Positions 25,128 through 34,031 of a DNA stretch of 34,898 nucleotides are shown in pieces. The notes under the pieces are model-generated. The model was not told the DNA's origin, searched no databases, and was given only the letters and a program-made list of their open reading frames with translations. Source of the DNA: a virus (Duplodnaviria > Caudoviricetes); the IMG/VR virus record IMGVR_UViG_3300011338_000078, positions 1 through 34,898 of that record, one strand, 5' to 3'. The position numbers and the translations under genes are program-made. Within the stretch, counting starts at the first letter, position 1; each line of letters starts with the position of its first letter.

Positions 25128-25819
25128 TCTCACCGATTTGCATATCAACTGTCCACGGCAAGGGTTTGCGGGTGATGCTCGCAAGCATTGCCGAGTACTG
25201 TCCCGAGGTCCCTGTCTACTTGCGCGGCCCTGAGTCCGTGATCGGCGGCTTTGATACTGACCTTAAAGTGTTTGGTTCGCCGCATAATTTTGGTGACGAT
25301 TACAACCAGGTCATGGACAAAGCCTTTTCTGATGGGTTTGATTCGGTGGTCTGCGCCAACGACGATATTGTGCTCACGCCTACCAGCTACAAGTATCTGT
25401 TGGAGGATGTAAAGCAGTTAAAAGACGAGACAGGCGAGCCAGTGGGCTGGGTGGCGGCGCGCTGTGATGCGGCACGTCCGCAGCAAAACATTCGCACCAA
25501 TCTCTATGACGAGGAGCTGCACTATTTTAAATACCCGTGCGAGGACTGCATTGTGCAGATGCCGGTGCTCAGTCCCATATTTGCGTGGATTGAGCGCGAT
25601 GCGTGGGAGTGCTTTAAGTTTCCCCCGCTGAACTGGTTCTCCGATGATGTCCACTGCAAAGACTTGCTTCAAGCGGGTTTCCAGCATTTTCTGAGTCGCT
25701 CTTATGTGCATCACGTTGGCAGCCAGACCATTGGCTTTGAAGGTGAGAGATTGACCCAGCAGGCCATGCCGTGGCTGCTAAAGAACCGACCCCACTACGC
25801 AGAGGCTTGGTTCAAATGA
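25124..25819 (+). CDS. Glycosyltransferase, GT-A fold (family 2-like)
   Basis: NFG...N, CANDDIVL (DxD equivalent), WFSDD and YVHHVGSQT. Confidence 0.75.
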   Translation: MISPICISTVHGKGLRVMLASIAEYCPEVPVYLRGPESVIGGFDTDLKVFGSPHNFGDDYNQVMDKAFSDGFDSVVCANDDIVLTPTSYKYLLEDVKQLKDETGEPVGWVAARCDAARPQQNIRTNLYDEELHYFKYPCEDCIVQMPVLSPIFAWIERDAWECFKFPPLNWFSDDVHCKDLLQAGFQHFLSRSYVHHVGSQTIGFEGERLTQQAMPWLLKNRPHYAEAWFK

Positions 25820-26331
25820 GTCACCAATCACAAATTGATTTTGTCAGTGGCGTAAGGAATCGTTTCCCTGAGTTTTTTTTGGGTGGGCGGGTTTTGGAGA
25901 TTGGCTCACTGGACATCAACGGCAGCGTGCGTGATTTCTTCTCAAGCTCTGAGGAGTATGTAGGTTGTGACTTGGGTGAGGGTAAGGGCGTTGACATTGT
26001 GTGCGCGGGGCATGAGTTGCCGCACCCTGATGGCTATTTTGATGTGGCCATATCGTGCGAGTGCTTTGAGCATGACCGGCACTGGCGCAAGACATTTACC
26101 AAGATGACTGACCTGGTAAGGGTTGGCGGCCTGGTCGTATTTTCTTGTGCAACAACGGGTAGGCATGAGCACGGGACAACGAGAACTTCACCGGCTGATG
26201 CGCCATTTACCAATGACTACTACATGAATCTTGAGGCGGGTCACTTTGGTTTGTTGGCAAAGAGGTTTTCACGGCATGAATTTAGCCAAAACCAATCACC
26301 GCGAGATTTGTATTTTTGGGGCATTAAATGA
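25816..26331 (+). CDS. Class I SAM-dependent methyltransferase
   Basis: VLEIGSLDING, YVGCD, FDVAISCECFEH and LVRVGG. ATGA overlap at 25816. Confidence 0.85.
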   Translation: MSHQSQIDFVSGVRNRFPEFFLGGRVLEIGSLDINGSVRDFFSSSEEYVGCDLGEGKGVDIVCAGHELPHPDGYFDVAISCECFEHDRHWRKTFTKMTDLVRVGGLVVFSCATTGRHEHGTTRTSPADAPFTNDYYMNLEAGHFGLLAKRFSRHEFSQNQSPRDLYFWGIK

Positions 26332-26621
26332 AAACACCAGCATGGCAGCGTAGCGAGGGAAAGAACCCCGCTGGTGGCTTAAACGCCAAGGGGCGCGCCA
26401 GTGCCAAGGCCCAGGGCATGGATTTGAAGGCGCCGGTTAAGTCAGGCGACAACCCGCGCAGGGCGTCATTCCTTGCGAGAATGGGCAATATGCCTGGCCC
26501 TGAGATGAAGGACGGCGAACCGACCAGGCTGCTGTTATCCCTTAAAGCCTGGGGTGCTTCATCCAAGGAAGATGCTCGCGTAAAGGCAAAAGCAATATCT
26601 GCAAGGAATAAATCAAAATGA
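26328..26621 (+). CDS. Small basic protein (DUF6321-like)
   Basis: AWQRSEGKNPAGGLNAKGRAS...RRASFLARM...SLKAW. Confidence 0.7.
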   Translation: MKTPAWQRSEGKNPAGGLNAKGRASAKAQGMDLKAPVKSGDNPRRASFLARMGNMPGPEMKDGEPTRLLLSLKAWGASSKEDARVKAKAISARNKSK

Positions 26622-28795
26622 TGAACGAATTACCAAACACCGACGTGTCGGCAATGGAGCCGATGGACGACGCCGAGCTGGAGGCGATTATTGGCCAGGA
26701 CCTGACCGACGCCGTGAGCTATGTAGATTCTGACCTGTCGCCTATCCGTGCGCGCGGTACTGAGTATTACCGTGGCGATAAGTTTGGCAACGAGGAAGAT
26801 GGCCGGTCACAGGTGGTGGCTATGGAGGTGCGCGATACCGTATCTGCCATGATGCCCAGTTTGATGCGGGTGTTCTTCTCCAGCGAGAACGTAGTTGAGT
26901 TTGTGCCAGAGGGTCCCGAGGACGTGGCATTTGCCAAGCAGGCCACCGACTACGCAAACTTTGTCTTTAACTCTGACAACAACGGGTTTATGACCACCTA
27001 CGCCATCTTCAAAGATAGCCTGGTGCGTAAGTGCGGAATTGCTAAGTATTGGTGGGAGGAGACAGAAACTGTCCGCATTGAGGAATATTCTGGCTTAGAT
27101 GACCAGACATTGCAGATACTTGCGCAAGAAGATGCCGAGGTCAAGATTGTTGTCTCTTACCCTGACCCTGCGGCAGCGCAGGCGATGCAGGGCATGGCGC
27201 CACAGGTTGACCCGATGACCGGCCAGCCGATGCCTATGCCGCCACCGCCGATGCTGCACGACGTGCAGATCAAGCGCGTGATAAAGGATGGCCGTATCCA
27301 GATCATGGCAGTGCCGCCCGAGGAACTGCTGCTTGATCGGCGCGCTAGGTCCTTTGATGATGCTGGCATCATTGCCCACCGCAAGATGGCCACAGTCGAG
27401 GAGCTGGTGGCAATGGGCTACGACGAGGACGAGGTGCGCGACAACATCACGTCTACAGATTTGGACAGCAACGAGGAGTACCTGGCGCGCCAGCCGCTGT
27501 CTACTACCTTTGGCATGAACGACAGCGCAAACCCCATGCAGCAGCGCGTGCTCTACATTGAGGCGTACTCGCGCATTGACTACGACGGCGACGGGATGGC
27601 AGAGCTGCGCAAGATTTGCTGCATTGGCTCTGGATACAAGGTAGTGCGCAACCTTCCAGCGTCCTATATCCCGTTTGTTGACTTTCCATGCGACCCAGAG
27701 CCGCACACCAGCCCCCTGGAGGCGATGTCTATTTTTGATATCACGCACGACATCCAAGAGATCAAGTCGGAGATTTTGCGCAATACGCTGGATTCTTTGG
27801 CGCAAAGCATCCACCCGCGTACTGCGGTGGTTGAGGGCATGGTCAACATGGATGACGTGCTCAACAACGAGACGGGCGCCGTTATCCGTATGCGCCAGCC
27901 TGGGATGGTGCAGCCCTTTAGTAATCCATTTGTTGGCCAGGCAGCGTTCCCCATGATCGACTACATGGACCAGATGCGCGAGAACCGCACCGGCATGAGC
28001 AAGGCGGCTATGGGCTTGGATGCCGATGCATTGCAGTCGAGCACCAAGGCAGCGGTAGCGGCCACCATCAGCGCAAGCCAGGGTCGCATTGAACTGACTG
28101 CACGCTTGATGGCCGAGGGTATGAAAAAGCTATTTAAGGGCATATTGTTCCTGCTGGTAACGCACCAAGACAAGCCGCGCATGATTCGTTTAAGTAACGA
28201 GTTTGTGCAGATGGACCCGCGTTCGTGGAACTCTGCGATGGACGTGCATATCAATATTGGCCTTGGCAATGGCGACACCAACGAGCGCATCCAGGCTCTG
28301 ATGATGATCTTGGCCAAGCAGCAGGAGGCACTTACCCAGCTAGGCCCACAGAACCCGCTGGTGACCCCGTCTCAGTATTCCCATACCTTGCGCCAAATCG
28401 TGGCTCTGTCTGGGTTTAAGGACACGTCTCAGTATTTCAATGACGTGCCTGCCGACTACCAGCCTCCAGCGCCACCAGCCCCGAAACCGACTCCAGAGGA
28501 GGTGCTGGCGCAGGTGCAGGCTAAGTCTATTGAGGCTGATATTCAGAAGAAGGCTGCCGAGCTAGAACTCAAGCGCCAGCAGATGATGCGCGACGATGAC
28601 TACCGGCGAGATCAATTAGCACAAGACTTATTCTTAAAGAAATACGAATTAGAATTAAAGTACAACGCACAGATTTCTACGGCTGAGATTGAAGCACAGC
28701 AAAATCTCAACCGAGAAGCGATGCAGCAGCAGACTACCCTGGCACAAGGCCAGATGTCAGCGGCTGCGCCCATCAACCAATATGGAATGGCATAA
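26618..28795 (+). CDS. Portal protein (P22-like)
   Basis: 725 aa between TerL and the scaffold. YYRG, RTGMS and VHINIGLG patterns, with a long Gln-rich C-terminal coiled-coil barrel. Confidence 0.88.
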   Translation: MMNELPNTDVSAMEPMDDAELEAIIGQDLTDAVSYVDSDLSPIRARGTEYYRGDKFGNEEDGRSQVVAMEVRDTVSAMMPSLMRVFFSSENVVEFVPEGPEDVAFAKQATDYANFVFNSDNNGFMTTYAIFKDSLVRKCGIAKYWWEETETVRIEEYSGLDDQTLQILAQEDAEVKIVVSYPDPAAAQAMQGMAPQVDPMTGQPMPMPPPPMLHDVQIKRVIKDGRIQIMAVPPEELLLDRRARSFDDAGIIAHRKMATVEELVAMGYDEDEVRDNITSTDLDSNEEYLARQPLSTTFGMNDSANPMQQRVLYIEAYSRIDYDGDGMAELRKICCIGSGYKVVRNLPASYIPFVDFPCDPEPHTSPLEAMSIFDITHDIQEIKSEILRNTLDSLAQSIHPRTAVVEGMVNMDDVLNNETGAVIRMRQPGMVQPFSNPFVGQAAFPMIDYMDQMRENRTGMSKAAMGLDADALQSSTKAAVAATISASQGRIELTARLMAEGMKKLFKGILFLLVTHQDKPRMIRLSNEFVQMDPRSWNSAMDVHINIGLGNGDTNERIQALMMILAKQQEALTQLGPQNPLVTPSQYSHTLRQIVALSGFKDTSQYFNDVPADYQPPAPPAPKPTPEEVLAQVQAKSIEADIQKKAAELELKRQQMMRDDDYRRDQLAQDLFLKKYELELKYNAQISTAEIEAQQNLNREAMQQQTTLAQGQMSAAAPINQYGMA

Positions 28796-29050
28796 ATGGA
28801 TAACGACGAACTTGTACGCAAGGGCCGAAAGGCTGGCCAGTTGCTGGAGGATGAAACCTTCAACATGGCAATCAACAAGATGGAGAACGACCAGCTCTGG
28901 TACTTTCGGTCAACGAAACCAGAGGAGTCAGCCAAGCGAGAGATCGCCTGGTCCATGCTCAAGGCAATTGACAATCTAAAGATTGAATTGCAAAAGATTG
29001 TTGACAACGCAAAGGTGGCGCAACGCGCCATTGAGCGCGCGAATAAGTAA
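28796..29050 (+). CDS. Small helical head-assembly-region protein
   Basis: 84 aa, between portal and scaffold. Confidence 0.7.
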   Translation: MDNDELVRKGRKAGQLLEDETFNMAINKMENDQLWYFRSTKPEESAKREIAWSMLKAIDNLKIELQKIVDNAKVAQRAIERANK

Positions 29051-29059
29051 GGTACATTT

Positions 29060-30046
29060 ATGCAACAAGCACAAACGGGTTCTGCGGGACCCATGAATCT
29101 GGACCAAGCGGCCCAGGCACTCTCTGCAATGCTGCCCGATGAGGGAGAACAGTCAATTGAGGAGACGTTTGACGATTCGCTGGAAGGCGAGTCGGCGGCG
29201 CCAGCCGATACATCAGCGGAAGATGCAGACGCAACCGATGATGTCACGGATGGCGAACAGTTAGAGGAAAGTGAAGATTCCGAGGAGGAGAAGCCAGATC
29301 AGACCTTTACCGTCAAAGTTGACGGCACTGAGGTTACTGTAACCCTGGACGAACTTCAGAAGGGATATTCACGGACTCAGGACTACACGCGAAAGACTCA
29401 GCAAATTGCCGAAATTCGACGCCAAGTTGAGTCGGAAGCTGAAGCCATTCGCGCCGAGCGTAGTCAGTACGCTCAGTTGTTAGGAGCATTGGAGTCGCAG
29501 GTTCAGCAAGCCGCGCAGCCTAATATTGATTGGGATCGCCTCTACCAAGAGGACCCCATCGAGTGGGTGCGGCAGAAAGAGGTGATGCGTGAAAACCAAG
29601 CAAAGTCGCAAGCTATTCAATTTGAGCAGCAGCGTCTAGCGGAAATTTCACAGCAGGAGCAAGCTCAACAGATGCAATCATTTTTGGCGCAGCAGCGGGA
29701 TGAATTGCTGAAGGTTTTGCCTGATTGGAAGGACCCAAACAAGGCGAAAAAAGAGAAAGAATTGCTTATTGACTTTGGCCAAAAGGCTGGGTTTAGCGCC
29801 GATGAACTGAAGAACATATTCGACCACCGAGTCGTTAATGTGCTGCGTAAAGCGGCACTGTACGAGCAGATGATGACCAAGAGGCAGAACATCAAGCCGG
29901 TGACGAACAATGGTCCACGTCCTGCCAAGCCAGGTGCAGCAGGCCGTGTCTCCACGACAAGTGAAGCTACTCGCGCAAAACAGCGTCTTGCAAAAAGTGG
30001 TCGCGTTAACGACGCGGCCTCCGCAATTGAACTTTTATTAAAGTGA
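29060..30046 (+). CDS. Capsid scaffolding protein
   Basis: Acidic N-terminus, TVKVDG...VTLDEL..GY.R..DYTRKTQ motif and coiled coil, upstream of the capsid gene. Confidence 0.85.
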   Translation: MQQAQTGSAGPMNLDQAAQALSAMLPDEGEQSIEETFDDSLEGESAAPADTSAEDADATDDVTDGEQLEESEDSEEEKPDQTFTVKVDGTEVTVTLDELQKGYSRTQDYTRKTQQIAEIRRQVESEAEAIRAERSQYAQLLGALESQVQQAAQPNIDWDRLYQEDPIEWVRQKEVMRENQAKSQAIQFEQQRLAEISQQEQAQQMQSFLAQQRDELLKVLPDWKDPNKAKKEKELLIDFGQKAGFSADELKNIFDHRVVNVLRKAALYEQMMTKRQNIKPVTNNGPRPAKPGAAGRVSTTSEATRAKQRLAKSGRVNDAASAIELLLK

Positions 30047-30053
30047 GTAAATT

Positions 30054-31016
30054 ATGACTATCGTAACTAACACCTTCACCACCTTTGACGCCAAAGGTAT
30101 CCGTGAAGATTTGAGCAATATTATTACCAATATTGCACCGGAAGAAACTCCGTACATGAGCAACATTGGCCGCGAGTCAATCAGTAACTCTTTGTTTGAG
30201 TGGCAAACCGATACCCTGGCAGCAGCCGCAGCCAACAAGCAGTTAGAGGGTGACGACGTGTCGTCATTTGATGCTGTTGTTGCTACTGTGCGTTTGCAGA
30301 ACTATGCTCAGATTTCGCGCAAGACTATCGTCCTGTCCGCAACTGAGGAAGTGGTTAACAAGGCCGGTCGCCGTTCTGAGTTGGCTTATCAGATCGCCAA
30401 GCGCGGTTCTGAGTTGAAGCGTGACCAAGAATTCACCATGCTCAATGGTGCAGTCGCTGCCGCTGGTAACACTACCACCGCGCGCGGTACTGCTTCTCTT
30501 GGCGCATTTGTGAAAACAAACGTCGATATGCAGACCAATGGTACTAACCCTTCGTACACGACGCTGCCTAACAGCGCCCGTACTGACGGTAACGTGCGTA
30601 CCTTCACCGAGACAATTTTGAAGAACGTCATCCAGCAAGTCTGGGCCGCTGGCGGTACTCCAAAAATCTTGATGACAGGTCCTGTGAACAAGCAGCGCGT
30701 CTCTGGCTTTGCTGGTATTGCATCCTCGCGTTTCAACATTGATGGTGGCGTAAAGCCTGCAACCATCATTGGCGCAGCCGATGTCTATGTCAGTGACTTC
30801 GGTAACGTGCAGGTGGTTCCTAACCGCTTCCAGCGCGAGCGTGATGCTTGGGTGATTGATCCTGAGTACGCAAAGATGACTACCCTGCGTCCTTACCAGC
30901 AAGTTGAGCTGGCTAAGACAGGCGACGCCGAGAAGCGTATGCTGATTGTTGAGTTTGGTCACAAGGTCTTAGCAGAAAATGCCCACGGTTTGGCTGCTGA
31001 CCTGATTACTTCGTAA
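30054..31016 (+). CDS. Major capsid protein (DUF5309/SU10-like)
   Basis: GIREDLS, FEWQTD, NYAQI, ELKRDQE, SDFG and LAKTGD motifs, followed by a terminator. Confidence 0.9.
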   Translation: MTIVTNTFTTFDAKGIREDLSNIITNIAPEETPYMSNIGRESISNSLFEWQTDTLAAAAANKQLEGDDVSSFDAVVATVRLQNYAQISRKTIVLSATEEVVNKAGRRSELAYQIAKRGSELKRDQEFTMLNGAVAAAGNTTTARGTASLGAFVKTNVDMQTNGTNPSYTTLPNSARTDGNVRTFTETILKNVIQQVWAAGGTPKILMTGPVNKQRVSGFAGIASSRFNIDGGVKPATIIGAADVYVSDFGNVQVVPNRFQRERDAWVIDPEYAKMTTLRPYQQVELAKTGDAEKRMLIVEFGHKVLAENAHGLAADLITS

Positions 31017-31028
31017 TCAATCATGGAA

Positions 31029-31056
31029 GGGATCAGGGAAACCTGGTCCCTTTTTT
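31029..31056 (+). terminator. Rho-independent terminator after the capsid gene
   Basis: GGGATCAGG-GAAA-CCTGGTCCC followed by T6. Confidence 0.85.
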
Positions 31057-31058
31057 AA

Positions 31059-31373
31059 ATGAGCGAACCAAAAATATTTGACACAAACGCAGACCTTGGA
31101 ATTACTCGGACGTGGCACTACGACGAGGAAACCGACAAGGCGACCATCCAGACAAGTCAAGATGTAACTGCCATCATTGAAGAAAACCGCAGCATCTATA
31201 ACCAAGGTGAGAAGCACGACAAGTATGGCGAGTGGAGCCGTGTGGCGTCCATACCATTAAGCGTGTACTTCAATCTCAAGGCAGAGGGAAAGCTCGATGA
31301 CGATGCGTACATGAAACGCTGGCTCAACGATCCCGAAAACCAATACTTTAGAACTCGACCAGGACAAGTATGA
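31059..31373 (+). CDS. Hypothetical protein
   Basis: 104 aa, RVASIP and WLNDPEN..FRT motifs. Confidence 0.75.
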   Translation: MSEPKIFDTNADLGITRTWHYDEETDKATIQTSQDVTAIIEENRSIYNQGEKHDKYGEWSRVASIPLSVYFNLKAEGKLDDDAYMKRWLNDPENQYFRTRPGQV

Positions 31374-32026
31374 ACTATGTAGCAGTCTGCACGCCAGCGC
31401 GTGATATGGTCCACACAAACTTCACCTACTGCCTGGTGAACATGGTGGCGTATCACACTATCAATACTACCGATGCCGTATCTCTCAAGATCATGCAGGG
31501 TACGCTGATACAGAACCAGCGCGCTGACCTGGCGCTGGACGCGATGGCCGAGGGTTGCACGCATATCCTGTTCATTGACTCAGATATGACCTTCCCGCAG
31601 GACATGGTCGGACGGTTACTCAAGCACGACTTGGACATTGTGGCCACCAACTGCGCCAGGCGCCGTATGCCTACCGGACCCACCGCGCAGAACTACAAGG
31701 CTGACGGGACCAGGGAGCTGGTGTACACCATGCCCGAGTCCACCGGCATTGAGGAAGTTGGCTCCATTGGTATGGGCGTGATGCTGATTAAGCGCAACGT
31801 CTTTGAGAAGCTGTCCGAGCCTTGGTTTGAGACGCCGTGGCGCCCAAAGGAGCGTGGCTACATTGGCGAGGACATTTTCTTCTGCCGTAAAGCGCAGGAG
31901 GCAGGGTTTAAAATCCACATTGACCATGACGTGAGCAAAGAGATTGGTCACATTGGCACGTTTGAATTCAAGCACGACCACACCTGGGTGATGCGCGAGC
32001 TTGAAGAAAAGGAAAAGGCAACGTAA
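31370..32026 (+). CDS. Glycosyltransferase-like protein, GT-A fold
   Basis: HILFIDSDMTF (DxD), GMGVMLIKRNVF, GEDIFFC and IGH. Confidence 0.78.
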   Translation: MNYVAVCTPARDMVHTNFTYCLVNMVAYHTINTTDAVSLKIMQGTLIQNQRADLALDAMAEGCTHILFIDSDMTFPQDMVGRLLKHDLDIVATNCARRRMPTGPTAQNYKADGTRELVYTMPESTGIEEVGSIGMGVMLIKRNVFEKLSEPWFETPWRPKERGYIGEDIFFCRKAQEAGFKIHIDHDVSKEIGHIGTFEFKHDHTWVMRELEEKEKAT

Positions 32027-32649
32027 TGGCTCTGACAACGTACACGGAGTTAAAGACATCAATCGGTGACTGGCTTAACCGCACCGATTTAACGGCTGCC
32101 ATTGCCGACTTTATCTCTCTGGCAGAGGCCCAGATTGAGCGCCAACTGCGCACCAGGCAGATGATTACCAGGTCTACCGCTAACTTTTCCACAGAGTACG
32201 GCGCCGTCCCTGATGATTTTTTAGAGACAAAGTCACTCAAGCTCACCGGCACAAACCCCGTCACGCCGTTGGTGTTCCAAACCATTGACGCATTGGACGA
32301 TCTGGCTAGACAATATTCTGCTGCCTCGCGTCCTAAATACTTTGGCATTGTCGGTGGCCAGATCAGGCTAGTGCCTACGCCAGATGCAACGTATTCCACT
32401 GAACTGGTTTACTACGCTAAATTGACAAAGCTGTCATCCACAGTAGCAACCAACTTTCTGCTGGCATCCAGCCCCGACATCTACCTTTACGGGAGTCTGT
32501 TGCAGGCTGCCCCATACTTGCAGGATGATGCGAGAATACCCGTATGGTCAAGCCTGTACGATAAAGCATTGAATGATGTACAAACAGCAGATGACCGTGG
32601 CTCTACATCCGGTGGGGCCATGTCTGCACGCGCAAGGGGATTCGGATGA
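32026..32649 (+). CDS. Head-tail adaptor protein
   Basis: TYTELK..I..WLNR.DL, FI.LAE, PTPD..Y and PDIYLYGSL, downstream of the capsid gene. Confidence 0.7.
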   Translation: MALTTYTELKTSIGDWLNRTDLTAAIADFISLAEAQIERQLRTRQMITRSTANFSTEYGAVPDDFLETKSLKLTGTNPVTPLVFQTIDALDDLARQYSAASRPKYFGIVGGQIRLVPTPDATYSTELVYYAKLTKLSSTVATNFLLASSPDIYLYGSLLQAAPYLQDDARIPVWSSLYDKALNDVQTADDRGSTSGGAMSARARGFG

Positions 32650-32837
32650 TTGTTACCACCACCAAGGGTGAGATGGACGACTCTTTGCTGGTGAAGCAAG
32701 AGGGCGCCATTGAGAACGATAACGAGCTGACCAGTTGGACTGAATACTGGTTAGATGGGGAGCTGGTCCACAGATCGGTTCATGTACTGTTGAAAAAGAA
32801 CGTAGCGGCAGAGGGTGTCGCTGCGATGATTGGATAG
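32646..32837 (+). CDS. Hypothetical protein
   Basis: 63 aa, ATGA overlap, EYWLDGELVHRSV. Confidence 0.7.
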   Translation: MIVTTTKGEMDDSLLVKQEGAIENDNELTSWTEYWLDGELVHRSVHVLLKKNVAAEGVAAMIG

Positions 32838-32846
32838 GAATACATC

Positions 32847-33308
32847 ATGGCAAATACCCAGGCAATGTGTACATCGTTCAAGGTTGACCTGCTGAACGCG
32901 GTTCATGCGTTTAACGGCACTGGAGTACCTGCGCACACCGTATCCACGGCAGACAGTTTCAAGGCTGCCCTGTACTTGGCCAGCGCCACCGTGAACGCCA
33001 CTACAACGGCCTACAGCGCCACCGGAGAGGTGAGTGGCACTGGGTATACCGCTGGAGGTGTTGCGGTCACGTTTGGCACTGCCCCGTCCTCCACAAGCAC
33101 CACAGCGTTTATCACTCCCAGCGCGAGCATTGTCTACACGACAGTCACGCTGACTACAGCGTTTGATGCGGTGCTCCTCTACAACTCAAGCCAGAGCAAC
33201 AAGGCAGTCAGCGTGCATACCTTTGGGTCACAGACAGTGACCGCCGGTACGTTTACCCTGACCATGCCAACAAATGACTCCAGCACCGGCCTGATTCGGC
33301 TGGCATAA
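32847..33308 (+). CDS. Thr/Ser-rich virion structural protein
   Basis: FKAALY, EVSGTGYTAGG and GTFTLT beta-sandwich patterns. Confidence 0.7.
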   Translation: MANTQAMCTSFKVDLLNAVHAFNGTGVPAHTVSTADSFKAALYLASATVNATTTAYSATGEVSGTGYTAGGVAVTFGTAPSSTSTTAFITPSASIVYTTVTLTTAFDAVLLYNSSQSNKAVSVHTFGSQTVTAGTFTLTMPTNDSSTGLIRLA

Positions 33309-33323
33309 CCTGGGGGCAGCGAT

Positions 33324-34022
33324 ATGGCTGCATATGGCTCTGGCTATTACGGCAAGGGCGTCTACGGCATAGGCAATGTCGTTGTCAGCGGCAACCAGGC
33401 AACTGGCGCCGTTGGCACATTACTTGTCAACATATCCGAGCAAGAGGACGGCGTCATTGCCACCGGCAATGTAGGCACTGTCAGCACATCAGTTTCGGTG
33501 GCCGTCACCGGCAACGCGGCGACCCTGTCCGTTGGCTCGGTTACGGTATCCAGCACCAAGGCAGTTACTGGCAACGCATCAACCCTGTCACCTGGCACTG
33601 TGGCGCCTGCCAAGGCAGTGGCGGTATCGGGTAATGCTTTAACTGCTGACGTTGGCACGGTTGCTCTGAGCAGCAGTCCCTCGATTACTGGAAACGCCTC
33701 AACCTTGTCCCCTGGTAGTGTTGACCATTCCAAGGTAGTGGCAGTATCGGGTAACACCGCAACCTTAAATGCTGGCAGCGTCACAAACAGCGTTTCGGTG
33801 GCGATAATTGGGGTAAGTGCATCATGTTCTGTCGGCACTATATTGGGTTACGGTTGGGGCGTTACGCCGGACACACCCGAGACCTGGTCAGGTCAGTCAG
33901 ACACACCAGAAACCTGGTCAGCGATTTCGGATACATCCGAGAGCTGGACACCAGGCACAGACACTTCAGAAACATGGACAGCAATTTCAGATAACACGGA
34001 AACTTGGCAAGCAATTGCATAG
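33324..34022 (+). CDS. Repetitive fibre-like structural protein
   Basis: YG-rich N-terminus, about seven 20-aa V(S/T)GN-x-x-T-L-x-x-G repeats, and five 10-aa DTxETW repeats. Confidence 0.7.
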   Translation: MAAYGSGYYGKGVYGIGNVVVSGNQATGAVGTLLVNISEQEDGVIATGNVGTVSTSVSVAVTGNAATLSVGSVTVSSTKAVTGNASTLSPGTVAPAKAVAVSGNALTADVGTVALSSSPSITGNASTLSPGSVDHSKVVAVSGNTATLNAGSVTNSVSVAIIGVSASCSVGTILGYGWGVTPDTPETWSGQSDTPETWSAISDTSESWTPGTDTSETWTAISDNTETWQAIA

Positions 34023-34031
34023 GAGTAAATC

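Noticed and set aside
25816-26331. DNA methyltransferase
   Set aside because: Lacks DPPY/NPPY or PC catalytic motifs and resembles small-molecule/sugar methyltransferases.
22922-31000. Long antisense ORFs (e.g. 22922-23542, 24522-25184, 27095-27814, 30264-30962)
   Set aside because: Shadows of well-supported plus-strand genes, with no motifs or RBS.
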